Source: Methanocaldococcus indicus
Lineage (GTDB): Archaea; AGJL01; Methanococci; Methanococcales; Methanocaldococcaceae
Assembly: GCF_049554935.1 (NCBI RefSeq)
Contig: NZ_CP186926.1
Location: 697,879-721,878, forward strand
DNA: 24,000 nt
Direction of reading: 5' to 3'
In this document: one piece after another, positions 20,319 to 24,000 of the stretch
How the letters are laid out: every line of letters starts with the position of its first letter
Numbering within the stretch: position 1 is the stretch's first letter
Translations under genes and position numbers: made by a program
Notes under the pieces: generated by a model
The model's database searches: none
What the model was told of the DNA's origin: nothing
Seen by the model: only the letters and a program-made list of their open reading frames with translations

Positions 20319-21820
20319 ACATTTTAGGAATACATGATGGGCATAATGCAAGCTCCACATATATAAATAAAAATACAATATTAGCTAACAGTGAAGAGAG
20401 ATTTAAAAGAATAAAAAATTATAGAGGTTTTCCTGAAGAATCTATAAGATATATCCTAAATAAAGTAACAAATGTTGATGAGATAAAAGTTGGCTCAGTA
20501 TTTAGGAGAAGAAACAAATTATTAAAAATTAGGGATTTTCAAAATAAATTAAGAAAAAATCTTGTTTTTATATACCATCATCTCTCACATAGTTATTTAT
20601 ATAAATTATCTGATTTTAAGGAGTGCTTAGTTATCTCATTAGATGGCTCAGGAGATGGTCTATCTTTTTTAGCATCAATAGGAAAGGATGATTTAGAAGT
20701 TATTTGTGAGAGTTCATACTTAGATTCTGTTGGAGATTTTTATGCATCTATAACAGAGTTGTTAGGTTTTAAACCTATGGAAGATGAAGGTAAAGTTATG
20801 TCTTTATCTTCTTTTACATCTGATTACTATTTTAATTTAAAAGTTATTGACTATATTGAGGAATTAAAAAGTTTTAGAAACTTTTTAGATGTTGTAGGTA
20901 GTGAAGCAACAAAAAAACTAAAATCTTTATTGAATTTAGATAATCTAGATTTTAATAAAAAAGTTGGAGTAGCCAAATATGCACAAAAAGTTTTAGAGGA
21001 AGTTGTTTTAAAAGCTATAAATCACCTATCTTCTGAGTACAATATAGAGAATATAGTTTTTACAGGAGGAGTTGCTCAAAATGTTAAATTAAACTCTAAA
21101 ATTGCAGAAAATTTTAACTTATTTGTTCCTCCATTTATGGGGGATGAAGGTTTAAGTTTTGGAGCTGTTTTATCCTCAAAATACTTTAAAAGATTAGAAA
21201 TAAAAAATACATATTTTGGTTATAAGATTGAGAATGAAAGAGTAGATAAAATATTAACCTCTCTGAACTCAACATATAAATACACTTACTTAGAAAATAA
21301 AGAAATTCCAGAAATTATTGGGGAGAAAATTTTAGATAATAAAGTTGTTTGTATAGCAAGAGATGAAATGGAATTTGGACCAAGAGCTTTGGGAAATAGA
21401 AGTATAATAGCTCTTCCAACAAAAGAAAATAGAGAAAGAATCAATAAAATTTTGGGGAGAGAGTGGTTTATGCCCTTTGCTCCAACTATCTTGTATGAGT
21501 ATGTTGATGACTATTTAATAAATCCTAAGTATAGTCCATTTATGACACTTCTTTTTAAAGTTAGGGAAGAAAGAGTTAAAGAGATTGAAGGAGTTGTTCA
21601 TGTAGATAAAACAACAAGACCACAAACATTAAAAAGAGAAAGTAATCCTCTATATTATGACATAATCAATTATATCAATGAAAATATAAACTTGCCAGTT
21701 GTTTTAAATACTTCATTTAATTTACATGGAGAGCCCATAGTTTGTAGAGAGGTAGATGCTTTAAAAAGTTTTAAATTTGATTATTTGCTTTTGGGGAATT
21801 ATTTAATAGAGAAGGTGTAG
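20315..21820 (+). CDS. NodU/CmcH-family carbamoyltransferase (Kae1/TobZ-like N-domain plus carbamoyltransferase C-domain)
   Basis: MNILGIHDGHNASS, metal-binding YHHLSHSYL, SLDGSGDG, FTGGVAQNVKLN, EFGPRALGNRSI, FMPFAPT, HVDKTTRPQT, NTSFNLHGEPIV. ATGA overlap with the cofE stop. Confidence 0.85.
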   Translation: MNILGIHDGHNASSTYINKNTILANSEERFKRIKNYRGFPEESIRYILNKVTNVDEIKVGSVFRRRNKLLKIRDFQNKLRKNLVFIYHHLSHSYLYKLSDFKECLVISLDGSGDGLSFLASIGKDDLEVICESSYLDSVGDFYASITELLGFKPMEDEGKVMSLSSFTSDYYFNLKVIDYIEELKSFRNFLDVVGSEATKKLKSLLNLDNLDFNKKVGVAKYAQKVLEEVVLKAINHLSSEYNIENIVFTGGVAQNVKLNSKIAENFNLFVPPFMGDEGLSFGAVLSSKYFKRLEIKNTYFGYKIENERVDKILTSLNSTYKYTYLENKEIPEIIGEKILDNKVVCIARDEMEFGPRALGNRSIIALPTKENRERINKILGREWFMPFAPTILYEYVDDYLINPKYSPFMTLLFKVREERVKEIEGVVHVDKTTRPQTLKRESNPLYYDIINYINENINLPVVLNTSFNLHGEPIVCREVDALKSFKFDYLLLGNYLIEKV

Positions 21821-21823
21821 GAT

Positions 21824-22948
21824 GTGAAAGTAGTAACTGTTGATGAACTAAAAAAATTGATTAGAAATAATGAGGAAGATAAAATTGATGAGATTGATGT
21901 AGTTACTACTGCTACTTGTGGAATAATGTCTGGAACTTCTGGGATATTTCACTTAAATTTTAATACACTATTTAGAAGGGCTAAAAAAATCTTTTTTAAT
22001 GATATTGAGGGAGTAGTAGGTGTTTGTCCAAATGAATATTTGGGAAGAGTAGATTGCATATTTTTTGGGGAGGTAGGATTTTTATTTAAAGATATTGTTA
22101 AAGGTAAGGATATAGATGTTAAAGTTATAACTGATGAAGGTAAAGAAATTGAAGAAATATTTAACATAGAAAAATTTGAAACAGCTAAAATGATTGGAAC
22201 AAGATTTGCTTTTAAAAATTATTTAGCATTTACATCTAATAAAGAGACAGCTACAATTTTCCATAGATTCAAATTAAAGATAGGAGAGGCATCATTTTCC
22301 GGATGTGGTGAAATCAATCCACTTGAGAATATGATTATTAAAGATAAGAATGATGTTGTAGGGCTAAGAGGACTATTGAATGGAGCTGAGTGTTTAGTAT
22401 TAGGTTTTGGAACAAGGTCAAGTTTAGAAAAACCTAACTTAATGATATCAGCAAATATGAAAGATATGGACAGTTACTATTTAGGAGGATTTTTAACTTC
22501 TGGAGGAATTGAGATATATAATACTGTTGCTTTGCCAGTAGATGTAAGGAAACATAGAGAGGCTTTAAAAAAATTAGATAAAGATATTCCTCTACCATTG
22601 GTTAATTTATTTGGTAGAGAGATTATAGATTATGGTAAGTATTCTGATGTCTGGGAGAATGTAGATTTAAGACCTAAAATATATATTGAGAAATGTAAAA
22701 ATTGTAATATTTGTAAAGCAGAAGAGAGCTGTCCAACAAATGCAATAAAAAAAGAGAACAATAAAATTATTATAACTGAGGATTGCTTTGGTTGTGGAGT
22801 TTGTGGTTATGTTTGTGAAGTTTTTAAAATAAGATTAGGAGAAATTTGTGGGTTAAAAATTACTTGCAGACAATCAGATAGAAAAAGGGCTTTAAAGTTA
22901 GCAAAAGAGTTAAAGAAGAGAATTATAAAAGGAGAATTATCTATATAG
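21824..22948 (+). CDS. Methanogenesis marker 16-type metalloprotein (COG1900/DUF39-like domain plus C-terminal 2x[4Fe-4S] ferredoxin domain); possibly the sulfoacetaldehyde-to-coenzyme M enzyme (ComF family)
   Basis: GTG start 3 nt after the upstream stop, with AGGTG upstream. DUF39-like [16 protein letters not shown]-terminal [14 protein letters not shown] and [12 protein letters not shown]. The family assignment is from memory. Confidence 0.65.
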   Translation: MKVVTVDELKKLIRNNEEDKIDEIDVVTTATCGIMSGTSGIFHLNFNTLFRRAKKIFFNDIEGVVGVCPNEYLGRVDCIFFGEVGFLFKDIVKGKDIDVKVITDEGKEIEEIFNIEKFETAKMIGTRFAFKNYLAFTSNKETATIFHRFKLKIGEASFSGCGEINPLENMIIKDKNDVVGLRGLLNGAECLVLGFGTRSSLEKPNLMISANMKDMDSYYLGGFLTSGGIEIYNTVALPVDVRKHREALKKLDKDIPLPLVNLFGREIIDYGKYSDVWENVDLRPKIYIEKCKNCNICKAEESCPTNAIKKENNKIIITEDCFGCGVCGYVCEVFKIRLGEICGLKITCRQSDRKRALKLAKELKKRIIKGELSI

Positions 22949-24000
22949 AACTTCTAAGTGTTTTGGTTCTTCTTTTAATCTTTTCTTGCCCATAACTTTA
23001 AATACTGCTTTTAGGAAGTCCTCCATAGTTACATAATCTCTTTTGTCTCTTATTGCATTCATTCCCGCCTCAGTACATATAGCTTTTAAATCAGCCCCAA
23101 CACATCCCTCTGTTAATCTTGCTATTTCTTGTAAATCTACATCTTTTGCTAAGTTCATATTTCTTGTGTGTATCTTTAATATTTCATATCTTCCTCTTTC
23201 ATCTGGTGGTGGAACTTCTACTATTCTGTCAAATCTTCCTGGTCTTAAAATTGCTGGGTCTAAAATGTCTAATCTGTTTGTTGCAGCTATAATTTTTACA
23301 TCTCCTCTTGGGTCAAATCCATCCATTTCAGCTAAGAGTTGCATTAATGTCCTTTGAACTTCTCTATCTCCACCTGTTAAAGCCTCTGTTCTTTTAGCAG
23401 CAATAGCATCAATCTCATCAATAAATATTATTGATGGAGCTTTTTCTTTGGCTAATTTAAATATATCTTTAACTAATGTAGCACCTTCTCCAATAAACTT
23501 TTTAACTAACTCAGAACCTACAACTCTAATAAAGGTAGCATTTGTTTCTCTTGCAACTGCCTTAGCTAATAAAGTCTTACCTGTCCCTGGTGGTCCATAA
23601 AGCAAGATTCCCTTAGGTGGCTCTATACCAACTTTTTCAAACAATTCAGGATATTTTAAAGGTAGTTCAACGACTTCCCTAACTTCTTGTATTTGCCTTT
23701 CTAATCCTCCAATATCCTCATATCTAACATTTGGTCTCTCATCTACTTCCATAGCTCTTGCTCTATAATCCTTAGTTTCTGGAAGGACATCAACAATAGT
23801 TAAAGTTTGTTGATTAAGACATACTCTTTTTCCAGGAGTTAGTTCATCAGGATTTACAAAGTGAGATATTGTAACTAAGAAACTTGGACCTGTAGAACTT
23901 CTAACAACTGCTTTTCTATCTCCAACCTTTTCAACAACTGTCCCAATTAATAAAGGAGGCATTCTCATTCTGTCCAATTCTCTTCTTAATATTTCATTTT
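22937..24000 (-). CDS. pan: Proteasome-activating nucleotidase PAN (AAA+ ATPase), C-terminal ~354 aa; the N-terminal coiled coil lies beyond the right edge
   Basis: OB domain SSTGPSFLV...[13 protein letters not shown], Walker [16 protein letters not shown], Walker [34 protein letters not shown]-terminal HbYX-like LYR. The track start at 23977 is an internal TTG, and the frame stays open to 24000 (..[15 protein letters not shown]). Confidence 0.95.
   Translation of the reverse strand, partial: NEILRRELDRMRMPPLLIGTVVEKVGDRKAVVRSSTGPSFLVTISHFVNPDELTPGKRVCLNQQTLTIVDVLPETKDYRARAMEVDERPNVRYEDIGGLERQIQEVREVVELPLKYPELFEKVGIEPPKGILLYGPPGTGKTLLAKAVARETNATFIRVVGSELVKKFIGEGATLVKDIFKLAKEKAPSIIFIDEIDAIAAKRTEALTGGDREVQRTLMQLLAEMDGFDPRGDVKIIAATNRLDILDPAILRPGRFDRIVEVPPPDERGRYEILKIHTRNMNLAKDVDLQEIARLTEGCVGADLKAICTEAGMNAIRDKRDYVTMEDFLKAVFKVMGKKRLKEEPKHLEVLYR

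Noticed and set aside
14758-23357. Other short antisense or overlapping ORFs: 14758-14958 (-), 16482-16664 (+), 17171-17491 (-), 19421-19630 (-), 21949-22167 (-), 23043-23357 (+)
   Set aside because: Each is embedded antisense in a well-supported gene (DUF62, nikR, Connectase, glycoprotein, Mmp16, PAN). All show the same low-complexity antisense composition.
23975-23977. Track start of the PAN ORF at 23977
   Set aside because: The codon is an internal TTG (Leu in ..RRELDRMRM..), and the frame stays open to the window edge. PAN proteins have an N-terminal coiled coil of ~80 aa that must lie beyond 24000.

Overview
This looks like a core-genome window from a hyperthermophilic Methanococcales methanogen (Methanocaldococcus/Methanotorris-like). 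The call rests on very AT-rich protein-coding DNA, strongly GC-rich structural RNAs and a Methanocaldococcus-like 16S. All identifications come from reading the sequence and remembered family motifs; no searches were run. The centre (9.2-14.7 kb, + strand) is a complete rRNA operon, 16S - tRNA-Ala(UGC) - 23S - 5S, with 3-4-3 bulge-helix-bulge processing stems around 16S and 23S. An RNase P RNA gene follows directly. The left flank holds partial guaB (IMP dehydrogenase) and a polyferredoxin with 13 canonical plus one atypical Fe-S cluster motifs and an overlapping small membrane protein. It also holds a + strand operon starting with a TusA-TusA-DsrE sulfur-relay fusion. Next comes a nearly gap-free five-gene minus-strand operon: archaeosine tRNA-guanine transglycosylase, UPF0104 membrane protein, MbhD-like protein, a domain-permuted CobQ-like amidotransferase, and methanogenesis marker 5. 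The right flank holds a DUF62 SAM hydrolase overlapping an Elp3-like (RaSEA-type) radical SAM gene, NikR, and a Connectase (DUF2121) - MinD - 59-aa microprotein - surface glycoprotein operon. It ends with a CofE - NodU/CmcH carbamoyltransferase - methanogenesis marker 16 operon and partial PAN. I see no CRISPR array, mobile element, rRNA intron or recognisable defence island. The best candidates for undescribed biology are the permuted amidotransferase coupled to Mmp5, the TusA/DsrE operon, the Connectase-MinD membrane cluster, and the cofE-carbamoyltransferase-Mmp16 operon. All four are hypotheses from gene context, not demonstrated systems.
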